DNA of 64,000 bases from a virus. The stretch lies in the IMG/VR virus record IMGVR_UViG_3300044695_003767; one strand, 5' to 3'. Each line of letters begins with the position of its first letter. Position 1 is the first letter of the stretch. The notes under the pieces are model-generated. The model was not told the DNA's origin. It saw only the letters and a program-made list of their open reading frames with translations, and ran no database searches. Position numbers and translations under genes: made by a program. Positions 19,400 through 29,612 of this stretch are shown piece by piece.

Positions 19400-22300
19400 A
19401 TGGCAGACAGAACAAGATATACTGCTAACTTAGTTTCTGATAATAATCTGTATGTAGATCCAACTACAGATAGGGTTGGTATAGGAACCACAAATCCAAC
19501 ATCAAAACTCTATGTTGTTGGTGATACTTATGTAACTGGAATTTTAACAGCAAATAGAATTTTCAGTAACGTTTATGGTGAATTTACGGGTGGATCAATA
19601 AGTGGTGCTGATATTGTTGGAACAGCATTAAGTATTTCAGGAATCTCCACCTTTACTAATGGACCTGTGTTCATTGGTTCTGGAACATCAACAGGAACAG
19701 CATCACAAAGACTTCAAGTAACTGGTGGTGCTTATGTTTCTGGTAATCTTGGTATAGGTCTTACAAATCCATCGCAATCTCTACACGTTCAAGGTAACGC
19801 CAGAGTTACTGGTGCGGTTTATGATTCTACAAATTCTGCAGGAACATCGGGTCAGGTTCTTCAATCAACTGTAACTGGGACACAGTGGGTTTCTGCCGCT
19901 CCTGCTGGTGCTGTTACTGGTTTAGTAATTAGAGATTCTAACAATAATATTGTTGGATCATCTGGTAGTATAACTCAATTAACTTTTGGTAGTGGATTTG
20001 GTGTAACTGGAACTACAGGTCCTGCTGGTATTGCTACCGTTACACTATCCAGTAATCTTGTAGGAACATCATTATCTATTTCTGGTATAAGTACTCTTGG
20101 TGTTACTAGTACCACTAACTTAACAGCACAGCAACTGAATGTTTCTGGTGTTGTTACTGCTACTTCATTCTATGGATCTGGTGCTAATTTAACAGGATTA
20201 ATTGCGAATACCGTAGCAACATCTTCTACAACGACACCGCAATTTATTGGATTCTTAACCACTAACTCTGGAATTAGTACTTCTATTTTAGCAAGTTCCA
20301 CTTTAACTTATATTCCTTCATCTGGAAATTTGGGTATAGGGACCACTGCACCAACATCAAAACTTGACGTAGTTGGTAATGTAAGAGTTTCTGGTATTTC
20401 TACCCTCGGTATTACTTCCACTACTAATCTAACAGCACAGCAACTTAATGTTTCTGGAATTTCTACATTCCAATCAAGTAACTTAAAGGTAAGAAACCCA
20501 ACAAACACTTTTGAGTATTCTATTGTTGGTTCTGCAATTGCAGCAAATAGAAATCTTACGATACCTTTACTTACTGGTGATGATACTATTGCAACTCTTG
20601 GTTTAGATCAAACTTTTACTGGTAATCAAACTTTCGGTGGAACATTATCTGCAACAGCAACAATTAGCTTAAGTGGTGCTGGTGCAGGCGCTCACTTGTT
20701 CGGTAGCAACCAAACAACAGGAAGTTTAACATTTGGTGGGACTTCTGGTACTGGCAATATTACTTTTGGTCGCGCTACAACATCTCAAACAACTAATATT
20801 CAAGCAGGTGTTACTGCTTCTGGAAACCAAAAAACAATCAACCTTGGTACTAGTGGTGCTTCTGGATCCTTTACTCAAATCAATATTGGTCCAGGTCCTT
20901 CTGCTGGTGTTGGTACTGTTTTAATTAATACCGGCACTAGACTCGGTATTGGTTCTGCAATTCCAAGAGCAGCACTTGATGTTGCAGGAGATGTAAGAGT
21001 TTCTGGTGTCGTCACAGCAACTACTTTTGTTGGTGCATTAACAGGTACTGCTACCACAGCAACAAAACTTGAAACCGCAAGAACGTTCCAAATCACTGGT
21101 GACGTTGTTGCTTCTGCTATTTCCTTTGATGGTACCGGTAATGTATCATTAGCAGCTACCATTCAACCCAATAGTGTTGGTTTAGGAACAGATACGACTG
21201 GTGATTATGTAACAAACATTACAGGAACTTCAAACCAAATCACAGTTACTTCTGGAACTGGAGAAGGTTCGACACCTACATTAAGTATTCCAAGTCAATT
21301 TACAGCACCACAAGATGTAACAGTTACTAGAGATCTACAAGTCAATCGTAACTTAAATGTCAATGGCAATATTACAATTGGTGGAACATCTGCAGCATTA
21401 TTTTCACAAACATTAAGTATATTTGACCCAGACATTGTTCTTGGTTATAGGACTGATGCATTTGGGAATGATGTTTCGAATGATAGTACTGCAAATCACG
21501 GTGGTGTTGCTCTTGCATCTACTGAAGGAACTCCACTGGTTGATCTTTTTATTGCTGGTATTGAAACTAATCCTTCCACATATAAGAAAATTATGTGGTT
21601 CAAGTCTGGTACTTTTAGTGGACTTGGAACTGATGCTTGGTTAATTAACTATGCTGTTGGTATTGGTTCCACTCAAGTACCCAATGAAGTAAGACTTGCT
21701 GCTGGTAATGTCCAATTCACCCAAAATGATTTAGCAGTCGTAAGAAACATTAATGCAAGTGGTGTTGTAACCGCAATATCATTTAGTGGTAATGCTTCAA
21801 GTGCTACTTACGCCACAACAGCAGGAGTATCTACATCAGTTATTGGTGGTATTGGTTCCATAACTCAATTAAGTGTTTCTGGTGTCTCAACAGTCGGTTT
21901 CTTAACGGCAACTGGTATTTGGAATGCTGGTATTACAACCTCTTCAAGAATTACCCTCAACGGAGCAAACAACACCGCAGACGGTGGAGGACAAATATAT
22001 CTCAACGGAGCAACAGGAAATCGTATTGACTTTAATACAAATGGTATTGCTACTCCTACGTTTACAACAAGAAGTGCAGGAACCAAGATAGTTTTATATC
22101 CAACTAGTACTCCTAGTACTTCTGTTGATTATGCATTTGGTATTGCTAGTAATATTTTATGGTCTTCTGTTAATGATTCCGGAGCATCATTTAGATGGTA
22201 TGCAGGAACCACACAACTCGCAGACCTCAAAGGAACTGGTGAGTTAGTTATTGGTTCTACAAGTCTCACTGGAACCGCATCACAAAGACTTCAAGTGACT

Positions 22301-23485
22301 GGTGGTGCTTATGTCAGTGGTTCTGTTGGAATTGCAACTACAAACCCAGTAGCATCTCTCCAAGTCAAAGATGCACTGGCATTTGAGACCACAAACACCA
22401 CAACCACAACTACCTCGCAAGTCGCAGTAGATACTTTCGCAACGGCAACATTCCGTTCTGCAAAATATCAGGCACAAATCACCTGTCCTGGTCAAATCTC
22501 AGTCTTGGGTGGCATCACAACTGGTGGAAGAGGATACACTGCTGGAACATTCAATGTGACCTTCACAACCTCTTCTGGTAATGGTTCAGCAGCACAAGGA
22601 ACTCTAGTAGTTTCAAATGGAACTGTAGGACAAATTAGTGTTTCTTCTGGTGGTTCTGGTTATACTGCTGGTGATGTTCTCACAGCATCAGGTGGTTCAG
22701 GACTTCAAGTTTCTGTCGGCACAACTTCAGGAACAGGTGCTATTCTCACTCTTGGTTCAATTACAAGTGCTGGTATTGGTTACACTGCTGGCGTTGGAGT
22801 TGGAACTACATCTCTTACATTCTTGGGTGGAACTGGAACTGGTGCCGTAGGACTTGCAACGATCTTTGATGGTGTAATTACAAGTTCTACATTACTCCAA
22901 CAACCAACTACAGGAACTGGTGGAACCACTTACTATTCTGGTTCTAACTATTCAACAGCATCAGTTCTTTCAGTCACTAGATCTGATTTGACAAATACCA
23001 TCACAACAATCACTGGTTCTGTCGGTGTTTCTACATTTACATCACTTACAACACACGGATTATTTGTAAATGATATTATTCGTTCTTCAAGTACATCTAA
23101 TGGATTAACTGCTGGTACTGATTATTATGTTGTGACCACTCCAACTACAACAACATTTACACTTGGAACTTCTCTTGGTGTTGGAATTACATTCACTGCA
23201 GGAACTTCACTTTCAATTGGTTTCTTCCGCAATAGTGCAAATGCTGGTGGACAAGTTGCTTATACAAATGCAATCACTGGAGTTTCGACAAATCATCAGG
23301 TCAGTGATTTGATGGTTCTTCAAAATGGAACTAATGCTGACTTTATTGAATATGCAACGATTGCAAATGATGATGTTCTTGGAACGTTTGCTGCTGATAT
23401 TTCTGGTGCGAATGCAAGATTATTATTCACGCCAACCTATCCAAACAATACCATTAAAGTCGCAAGACAGGCAATTACGGTATGA
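19400..23485 (+). CDS. modular tail fibre protein (1361 aa)
   Basis: Shares a long block with 9943..15759; C-terminal FRSAKY...EYA...LGTFAADISGANARLLFTP domain. Confidence 0.85.
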   Translation: MADRTRYTANLVSDNNLYVDPTTDRVGIGTTNPTSKLYVVGDTYVTGILTANRIFSNVYGEFTGGSISGADIVGTALSISGISTFTNGPVFIGSGTSTGTASQRLQVTGGAYVSGNLGIGLTNPSQSLHVQGNARVTGAVYDSTNSAGTSGQVLQSTVTGTQWVSAAPAGAVTGLVIRDSNNNIVGSSGSITQLTFGSGFGVTGTTGPAGIATVTLSSNLVGTSLSISGISTLGVTSTTNLTAQQLNVSGVVTATSFYGSGANLTGLIANTVATSSTTTPQFIGFLTTNSGISTSILASSTLTYIPSSGNLGIGTTAPTSKLDVVGNVRVSGISTLGITSTTNLTAQQLNVSGISTFQSSNLKVRNPTNTFEYSIVGSAIAANRNLTIPLLTGDDTIATLGLDQTFTGNQTFGGTLSATATISLSGAGAGAHLFGSNQTTGSLTFGGTSGTGNITFGRATTSQTTNIQAGVTASGNQKTINLGTSGASGSFTQINIGPGPSAGVGTVLINTGTRLGIGSAIPRAALDVAGDVRVSGVVTATTFVGALTGTATTATKLETARTFQITGDVVASAISFDGTGNVSLAATIQPNSVGLGTDTTGDYVTNITGTSNQITVTSGTGEGSTPTLSIPSQFTAPQDVTVTRDLQVNRNLNVNGNITIGGTSAALFSQTLSIFDPDIVLGYRTDAFGNDVSNDSTANHGGVALASTEGTPLVDLFIAGIETNPSTYKKIMWFKSGTFSGLGTDAWLINYAVGIGSTQVPNEVRLAAGNVQFTQNDLAVVRNINASGVVTAISFSGNASSATYATTAGVSTSVIGGIGSITQLSVSGVSTVGFLTATGIWNAGITTSSRITLNGANNTADGGGQIYLNGATGNRIDFNTNGIATPTFTTRSAGTKIVLYPTSTPSTSVDYAFGIASNILWSSVNDSGASFRWYAGTTQLADLKGTGELVIGSTSLTGTASQRLQVTGGAYVSGSVGIATTNPVASLQVKDALAFETTNTTTTTTSQVAVDTFATATFRSAKYQAQITCPGQISVLGGITTGGRGYTAGTFNVTFTTSSGNGSAAQGTLVVSNGTVGQISVSSGGSGYTAGDVLTASGGSGLQVSVGTTSGTGAILTLGSITSAGIGYTAGVGVGTTSLTFLGGTGTGAVGLATIFDGVITSSTLLQQPTTGTGGTTYYSGSNYSTASVLSVTRSDLTNTITTITGSVGVSTFTSLTTHGLFVNDIIRSSSTSNGLTAGTDYYVVTTPTTTTFTLGTSLGVGITFTAGTSLSIGFFRNSANAGGQVAYTNAITGVSTNHQVSDLMVLQNGTNADFIEYATIANDDVLGTFAADISGANARLLFTPTYPNNTIKVARQAITV

Positions 23486-24903
23486 GTATTATAAGAAACG
23501 GAATATTAAGTGCTGATTTAGACGCACCTATAACAGCACCGACACTTAATTTAGACTTTGCAAACTCACAAAGTTTAGACCCACGTATTACATTCACTCG
23601 GGGTTCGATTGGAACTCGTGTGAATAAGAATGGATTGATTGAGATAGTACCAGCAAATCAACCAAGATTTGATTATGACCCTATCAGTGGTGAGTGTAAG
23701 GGTTTATTGATTGAGGAACAGAGAACTAATTTAGTTACGAACAGTACAAGTGCAACCTTTACTGGTCTTACTGGACTTTCAACCACAACTGATGGTTCAT
23801 TAGCACCAGATGGAAATCCTGCAATTGTTTATATTCCAACAACATCTGCAACTTATCACGCGAGTAATAGTGACTTTTGTACTCTCAATTTAGATACTGT
23901 TGGAATTGCAACAGGTTCTAGTTTGGATGTAACTTACTCTATGTGGATTAAAGATTATAATAGTAGTGATTTGGGAGTTTATTTTGTAACACAGGCAGAT
24001 ATTTCTGGAACATCTCCTTCTTATGCACTAAGAATTGCAAAACCAAAAGCACCAACTTGGATTGGTGGTACTTTAAATACTGGTTGGACAAGAAATTATG
24101 AAAAAATAGTACCATATCAAAATGGTTGGTATAGATTTATTCAGTCATACAGATATACAAGGCAGACAAGTTATAACAGATTGGCATTTTATATACAGAT
24201 TTATAATAATCGTAACGTACAAACTTATCGTGGTGATGGGACTTCTGGAATTTATATCTGGGGACCACAAGTAGAAACAGCAGTCTCACCATCACAAGCA
24301 CCCTTTGAGACTTCTTATATTCCAACATCAGGTTCTCAAGTTACAAGAAGTCCAGATTTGGCACGACTTCAAGAACCTTATTTTTCTCCAATCTTTAATA
24401 AGTATGAGGGAAGTGTATCAGTTAATTACAATATTGATAATCCTGTGGATACTGGAACTGTCTATGGATTGCAAAGGACCCAAACTTTATTTTACATTGG
24501 AGATAAAAATGATGTCACATATCAAGGATATGGAGTGAATATTAGTAGGTCAACTGCATTTGTGCATAGATTATCTGGTCAGGCATTTACTCAAACTGCT
24601 AATGCTTCAACTGGAAGTGTTTATGCATTAAATTCTCCAATCAATAATGGAAAATTTTGTTTTACATACGACCAAAATAAACTTAAAGTTTCTTGCGATG
24701 CTCTTAGTAATATAACTTCTTTAAATCGTTTAGGAACTTATAATCAACAACAATCTATTACTACACAAGTTTTCAATGAACTTACAATTGGGTGGGGAAA
24801 TAATTCTGGTTTTGGTAATAGATATATTACTGGAACCATCAAATCTCTTCAATATTATCCAAAAGCATTAAATGATGCTGAGATGTTATATCTAACGAGG
24901 TAA
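23482..24903 (+). CDS. head-spike/LamG-like carbohydrate-binding virion protein, paralog 1
   Basis: LDFA...ITFTRGS...PRFDYDP...GLLIEEQRTN; WGPQVE...TSYIPT...VTR; C-terminal YYPKAL. Confidence 0.7.
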   Translation: MSIIRNGILSADLDAPITAPTLNLDFANSQSLDPRITFTRGSIGTRVNKNGLIEIVPANQPRFDYDPISGECKGLLIEEQRTNLVTNSTSATFTGLTGLSTTTDGSLAPDGNPAIVYIPTTSATYHASNSDFCTLNLDTVGIATGSSLDVTYSMWIKDYNSSDLGVYFVTQADISGTSPSYALRIAKPKAPTWIGGTLNTGWTRNYEKIVPYQNGWYRFIQSYRYTRQTSYNRLAFYIQIYNNRNVQTYRGDGTSGIYIWGPQVETAVSPSQAPFETSYIPTSGSQVTRSPDLARLQEPYFSPIFNKYEGSVSVNYNIDNPVDTGTVYGLQRTQTLFYIGDKNDVTYQGYGVNISRSTAFVHRLSGQAFTQTANASTGSVYALNSPINNGKFCFTYDQNKLKVSCDALSNITSLNRLGTYNQQQSITTQVFNELTIGWGNNSGFGNRYITGTIKSLQYYPKALNDAEMLYLTR

Positions 24904-24904
24904 T

Positions 24905-26206
24905 ATGTCTAAAATACTCATAGGTCGTGGTGATACTGATTTAAATTATCCAATCTGTCGTCCAAGTTTAGACTTGGATTTCACACAAGAAGAGTTAGAT
25001 CCTCGCATTACATTCACCAGAGGAAGTATTGGAACTCGTGTCAATCGTAATCGTTTGATTGAAACTGTTGATGCAAATCAACCAAGATTTGATTATGACC
25101 CTGTGACTGGTGAGTGTAAGGGTTTATTGATTGAGGAGAGTAGGCAGAACTTATTTACAAATAGTAACGACTTTACAGTTTGGACTAAACAAACAACAGG
25201 AACTGGTGTAGTTGGCATTACAACAAATTATACTACTTCTCCTGATGGAACAACAAATGCAACCAGATATTTTATTCAAAATGGTGGAGGAACATTTTAT
25301 TCCATTTTTAGAGGAGTATCTCCAATATCTGCAAATACTTCATATTCATATTCAATTTTTGTAAAAGCAAGCACAACTGTTCCAGTTCCAGCATCTTCAT
25401 TTACTTTGGTTGTCTTTGATGGATCTATTGCAAGTTTTGTTACTTATAATTTAAATACGGGAACTATTCAATCAACATTTGCGAATACCAATCTAACAAT
25501 CGGTTCTGGTTCCACCATTACAAATTATGGAAATGGTTGGTACAGATGTGTATTTGTGTTTTCGCATTCTGTTGGTGGAAGTGGATTTCAATTTAAAGCA
25601 GATATAGGTTCAACAAGACACAATCAAGAATTGTTTATTTACGGAGCACAATTAGAAGCAGGAGCATTTCCAACATCTTATATACCCACAACAGCATCCA
25701 CAGTCACTCGTTCTGCTGATACTGCTTCTATGACTGGAACTAACTTCTCAAGTTGGTATAATCAAAATGAAGGAACGATATATGTTAATAATAAGATACC
25801 TTATACACCATCATCAGTTTCTTTATATTTTTTAATTTTTGGAATTAATGCTGGAAATAGACATAGTATTGAACAAACAACAGCAAATGGATTGACTTAT
25901 ATTACTCAAAATAGTGGTGGAATACAATACTGGAGCACTTCTGGTTCTGGAGTATTACCCGCAAATACAAACAGAAAAACCACATATGCATATAGTTCTT
26001 CTAATATTAAAACTTTATTATCGGGAACTTCCAATCAAACTTATACATTTAGTGTGAAATCAACTACCGATGTTTATAAATCTATGACGACTATGTATAT
26101 TGGAAGATTTAGTGATAGTTTATATTTTTTAAACGGAACCATAAGTCGTCTCACTTATTACCCAAGAGCACTCAAACCAAATCAACTTCAACTCTTAACA
26201 CAGTAA
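24905..26206 (+). CDS. head-spike/LamG-like virion protein, paralog 2
   Basis: Same motif framework; GAQLEAGAFPTSYIPT. Confidence 0.7.
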   Translation: MSKILIGRGDTDLNYPICRPSLDLDFTQEELDPRITFTRGSIGTRVNRNRLIETVDANQPRFDYDPVTGECKGLLIEESRQNLFTNSNDFTVWTKQTTGTGVVGITTNYTTSPDGTTNATRYFIQNGGGTFYSIFRGVSPISANTSYSYSIFVKASTTVPVPASSFTLVVFDGSIASFVTYNLNTGTIQSTFANTNLTIGSGSTITNYGNGWYRCVFVFSHSVGGSGFQFKADIGSTRHNQELFIYGAQLEAGAFPTSYIPTTASTVTRSADTASMTGTNFSSWYNQNEGTIYVNNKIPYTPSSVSLYFLIFGINAGNRHSIEQTTANGLTYITQNSGGIQYWSTSGSGVLPANTNRKTTYAYSSSNIKTLLSGTSNQTYTFSVKSTTDVYKSMTTMYIGRFSDSLYFLNGTISRLTYYPRALKPNQLQLLTQ

Positions 26207-26207
26207 G

Positions 26208-27419
26208 ATGTCTATACTTTCTCTTCAAAAACAATCACAAAACACAGACTTTCCAAATGTTCGCCCATCTTTGGATTTGAGATTTGCTCTTGCGAAAAAG
26301 TTAGACCCACGCATTACATTCACTCGTGGAAGCACTGGAACTTATTTTGGTCCTGATGGTCTTATGAGAACTGCTGATGTGAATGAACCAAGATTCGACC
26401 ACGATCCAATTTCAGGGCAAAGTTTGGGATTGTTGATTGAGGAGAGTAGAATTAATCAATTAGTAAGAGGTGATATTGAAGGAACTGTTGGAGCACAACC
26501 AACTGGGATGCAACTTTTTGGTCCAAGTAATGGGCAAACTGCTGTTGTATCAACTGATGTATTTTTAGGACCAAACGGACAATCTTGTAAACATACAAGA
26601 GGTACTTGGTCAGATAGTAATATTGGATACTTTGGTAGTGGAACAGTGACTGCTGGTTCCACTTATGTTTTTTCTGCTTATGTTTATATTCCTTCTTCGC
26701 AAGCAAAAAACTTTGAAGGGAAAACTGTAAGATTTTCTATGGAAAGTCCAAATACAGGTTCAACTCTTGCTTCTGCTGATGTAACAATTGTAGACAGATG
26801 GCAGAGAGTATGGGGAACTTGTGTTCCTTCTACGACTTCTGCTACTTGGGTTTTAAGAACAACTGCAAATACTGGTAGTTTCTTTTATACTGATTGCTGG
26901 CAATTAGAACTTGGTAGTCTTCCAACATCCTATATGCCTGCTTCTGGAGGTTCTCAATTCACAAGAAGTGCTGATACTGCTTCTATGACTGGAACTAATT
27001 TCTCAAGTTGGTATAATCAAAGTGAAGGAACTATTTCTGTAGATTGTGCAAGTCCTACACTATCTATTATTCCTGTTGCAATTTCTGATGGAACTGTAAG
27101 TAACAGATTTCAATTAGAGGTAGGTACAAATGCAAGAGGTGTTCGTGTTGTATTTAATGGAATACTTCAAACATCATATATTTCTTATACTTATAACACA
27201 AAACAAAAAATGATAATGAGTTATAGTTCAAGTTCTGTTAATTTTGTAAATGCTGGTGTTGTAGCAACTCTTATTAGACCACAAGGAATACCTAATGTAA
27301 ATATTTTGAGAATAGGAGCAAATGTTGCTAATGCTGGTCAAAATAATTTACCAATAAGTCGTCTCACATACTATCCAATCCAACTCACCAATCAACAACT
27401 TATAAATTTAACCAACTAA
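26208..27419 (+). CDS. head-spike/LamG-like virion protein, paralog 3
   Basis: Same motif framework; WQLELGSLPTSYMP. Confidence 0.7.
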   Translation: MSILSLQKQSQNTDFPNVRPSLDLRFALAKKLDPRITFTRGSTGTYFGPDGLMRTADVNEPRFDHDPISGQSLGLLIEESRINQLVRGDIEGTVGAQPTGMQLFGPSNGQTAVVSTDVFLGPNGQSCKHTRGTWSDSNIGYFGSGTVTAGSTYVFSAYVYIPSSQAKNFEGKTVRFSMESPNTGSTLASADVTIVDRWQRVWGTCVPSTTSATWVLRTTANTGSFFYTDCWQLELGSLPTSYMPASGGSQFTRSADTASMTGTNFSSWYNQSEGTISVDCASPTLSIIPVAISDGTVSNRFQLEVGTNARGVRVVFNGILQTSYISYTYNTKQKMIMSYSSSSVNFVNAGVVATLIRPQGIPNVNILRIGANVANAGQNNLPISRLTYYPIQLTNQQLINLTN

Positions 27420-27437
27420 ATACTAATAAAACTCATT

Positions 27438-27758
27438 ATGATAGATTACTACCTAAAATTTACCACAGAAGAAGAAGCATTCCAAGCATTCAAGGAAGCA
27501 GGTTATACTTCACAAGATGAAGAAGGAAAAGAGTTTATCATTTCAGCAACTCACCAGTATTGTGTCGATGAGGTTGGAACCATTTACAAAGGTGGTAAGT
27601 GGGAACCAAATGAATCTGGTGAGATTGTACTGATTGAAGAACCTGTGAGACTTGATGGTTGGCATATTAATGTAAGAATATTAAGTGGTGATATTGCTGA
27701 AAACTTGAAGGACTTTGTGATTGATAATCCCAAGACACCTTATCGCATTTTCGGATAA
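27438..27758 (+). CDS. hypothetical protein (possible partner/chaperone of the upstream paralogs)
   Basis: MIDYYLKF...GWHINVR...PKTPYRIF; own late promoter at 27416. Confidence 0.7.
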   Translation: MIDYYLKFTTEEEAFQAFKEAGYTSQDEEGKEFIISATHQYCVDEVGTIYKGGKWEPNESGEIVLIEEPVRLDGWHINVRILSGDIAENLKDFVIDNPKTPYRIFG

Positions 27759-27765
27759 TAAGTAG

Positions 27766-29280
27766 ATGGCAAACCTATTTGGCACAGGCATAAACCAAAT
27801 TCCAACAAATGGAATGTTGGGGAACCTTGCGTTCCAGGATAAGGCATATGTAAGTGTTGATAAGGTTGGTATAGGTTCTACATTTGTTGATAGTGGAACA
27901 GTAGGGCAGATATTACAGGTTTATGGTGGTGGTGCTTATATTGATGGTAGTGTTGGAGTAGGAACCACAAATCCAACAGTAAAATTGGATGTAGTTGGTG
28001 GTGCTAAGTTTACTGGTGTTGTAACAGCATCAAGTTTTATCGGTAATGCTTCAAGTGCATCATATGCTACAACCGCTGGTATAGCAACTTACTCCACTAC
28101 AGCAGGGATATCTACTTATGCAACCACTGCTGGTATTGCAACTTATGCAACCTCAAGTGGAATAGCAACTTATGCTACAACAGCAGGAGTATCCACAAGT
28201 GTCATAGGTGGTATAGGTTCAATTACACAACTTCAAGTAACTGGAATCTCAACCTTTACTAACGGACCAGTATTAATTGGAACGGCAACCTCAACAGGAA
28301 CAGCATCACAAAGACTTCAAGTTACTGGTGGTGCTTATGTTTCTGATAATGTTGGTATAGGAACCACAAATCCACAAACAAAACTTGAAGTTAATGGTAT
28401 TATTGGATTTACTGGAATTACTGATCCATTTTCTGAATTTAGAAATAATATAAGAATAGGTGATAGTAGTACAGGTTCTAATTTAACTCCAGGATCTCCA
28501 TCGAATTTCAGTGGTCTTGATAATATCCTTATTGGTCGTTCTGCTGGTACTGCTACTACTTCTGGATCTAAAAATATTTTTATAGGTCGTCTTGCTGGTC
28601 TTAGTAATACTAATGGGGACGTAAATATTTTTATTGGAGACGGTGCTGGACAATACAATACATCTGGAGTTGGTAATATTTTCCTAGGACAAACATCTGG
28701 TTCTAGTAATACTTCTGGAGGTATAAATAATTTTATTGGATATGATGCAGGTCTAGGAAATATAAGTGGAAGTGAAAATAACTTCTTTGGTAGAGGTGCT
28801 GGATATTATAATACCACAGGAGATTATAATAATTTTATTGGTCAATATTCTGCAGAAAATAATACTACTGGTTCTCAAAATAATTTCTTTGGAAGGTTTT
28901 CCGGATTTAATAATATTAGTGGATCCAAAAATACCTTTATAGGAAATTATACTGGCATATCAACAGCAGCGTCCAACAAAGTTATTATTGGTTTAGGTTT
29001 TAATTATTCATATCCTTTTGATTCCCCAAGTACCACTAAAGATACTCAATTTGCTGTAGGTGTAAGAACAGATTCTAATGCATCTAGATACTGGTTAGTT
29101 GGTGATGAGAACTTTAATGTTGGTATAGGAACTATATCACCATCATTCAAGGCAGACATTGCAGGTGACGCAAGAGTAACTTCCACAAACAAAATGAGAT
29201 TCGGTGGAACCGCAGGAACCACAAACTTCTATATACAGTACAACTCAACTACAAATAGTTTGGATTTTGTAGCAGGATAA
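27766..29280 (+). CDS. fibre protein with 14-aa NxFxGxxAGxxNTxG beta-roll repeats (YadA-head-like)
   Basis: YATTAGIAT repeats, then about ten NIFIG/NNFFG repeats. Confidence 0.75.
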   Translation: MANLFGTGINQIPTNGMLGNLAFQDKAYVSVDKVGIGSTFVDSGTVGQILQVYGGGAYIDGSVGVGTTNPTVKLDVVGGAKFTGVVTASSFIGNASSASYATTAGIATYSTTAGISTYATTAGIATYATSSGIATYATTAGVSTSVIGGIGSITQLQVTGISTFTNGPVLIGTATSTGTASQRLQVTGGAYVSDNVGIGTTNPQTKLEVNGIIGFTGITDPFSEFRNNIRIGDSSTGSNLTPGSPSNFSGLDNILIGRSAGTATTSGSKNIFIGRLAGLSNTNGDVNIFIGDGAGQYNTSGVGNIFLGQTSGSSNTSGGINNFIGYDAGLGNISGSENNFFGRGAGYYNTTGDYNNFIGQYSAENNTTGSQNNFFGRFSGFNNISGSKNTFIGNYTGISTAASNKVIIGLGFNYSYPFDSPSTTKDTQFAVGVRTDSNASRYWLVGDENFNVGIGTISPSFKADIAGDARVTSTNKMRFGGTAGTTNFYIQYNSTTNSLDFVAG

Positions 29281-29284
29281 GATT

Positions 29285-29581
29285 ATGGGTGTTGTAGGAA
29301 GATTAGATCAATATGCATCGATGCTTGCTGGTGAGTTTGATGAGACCACAGCAAACAATCCAAGTATCACTGGACTTGGAACTTATTATGCTTCAGAGTT
29401 TTCTGAGAATGTTGGAATAACTACCACACTATCAGCAAATGTCTTTGCTCCTTATGACCCTGTATATGATGAGTTTGGTGGAACTCTATTTGGTGCAGGA
29501 CAAGGAAGGTATATGAGACATAATACTGATAAGACGGTGATTGTTTATAATGAAATTGATGAAGTCACAACTATTTACTAA
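29285..29581 (+). CDS. hypothetical structural protein
   Basis: 98 aa within the late operon; EFDE/EIDEV motifs. Confidence 0.65.
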   Translation: MGVVGRLDQYASMLAGEFDETTANNPSITGLGTYYASEFSENVGITTTLSANVFAPYDPVYDEFGGTLFGAGQGRYMRHNTDKTVIVYNEIDEVTTIY

Positions 29582-29612
29582 CACATAAATATAACAAAGG
29601 TATTCATTAATT

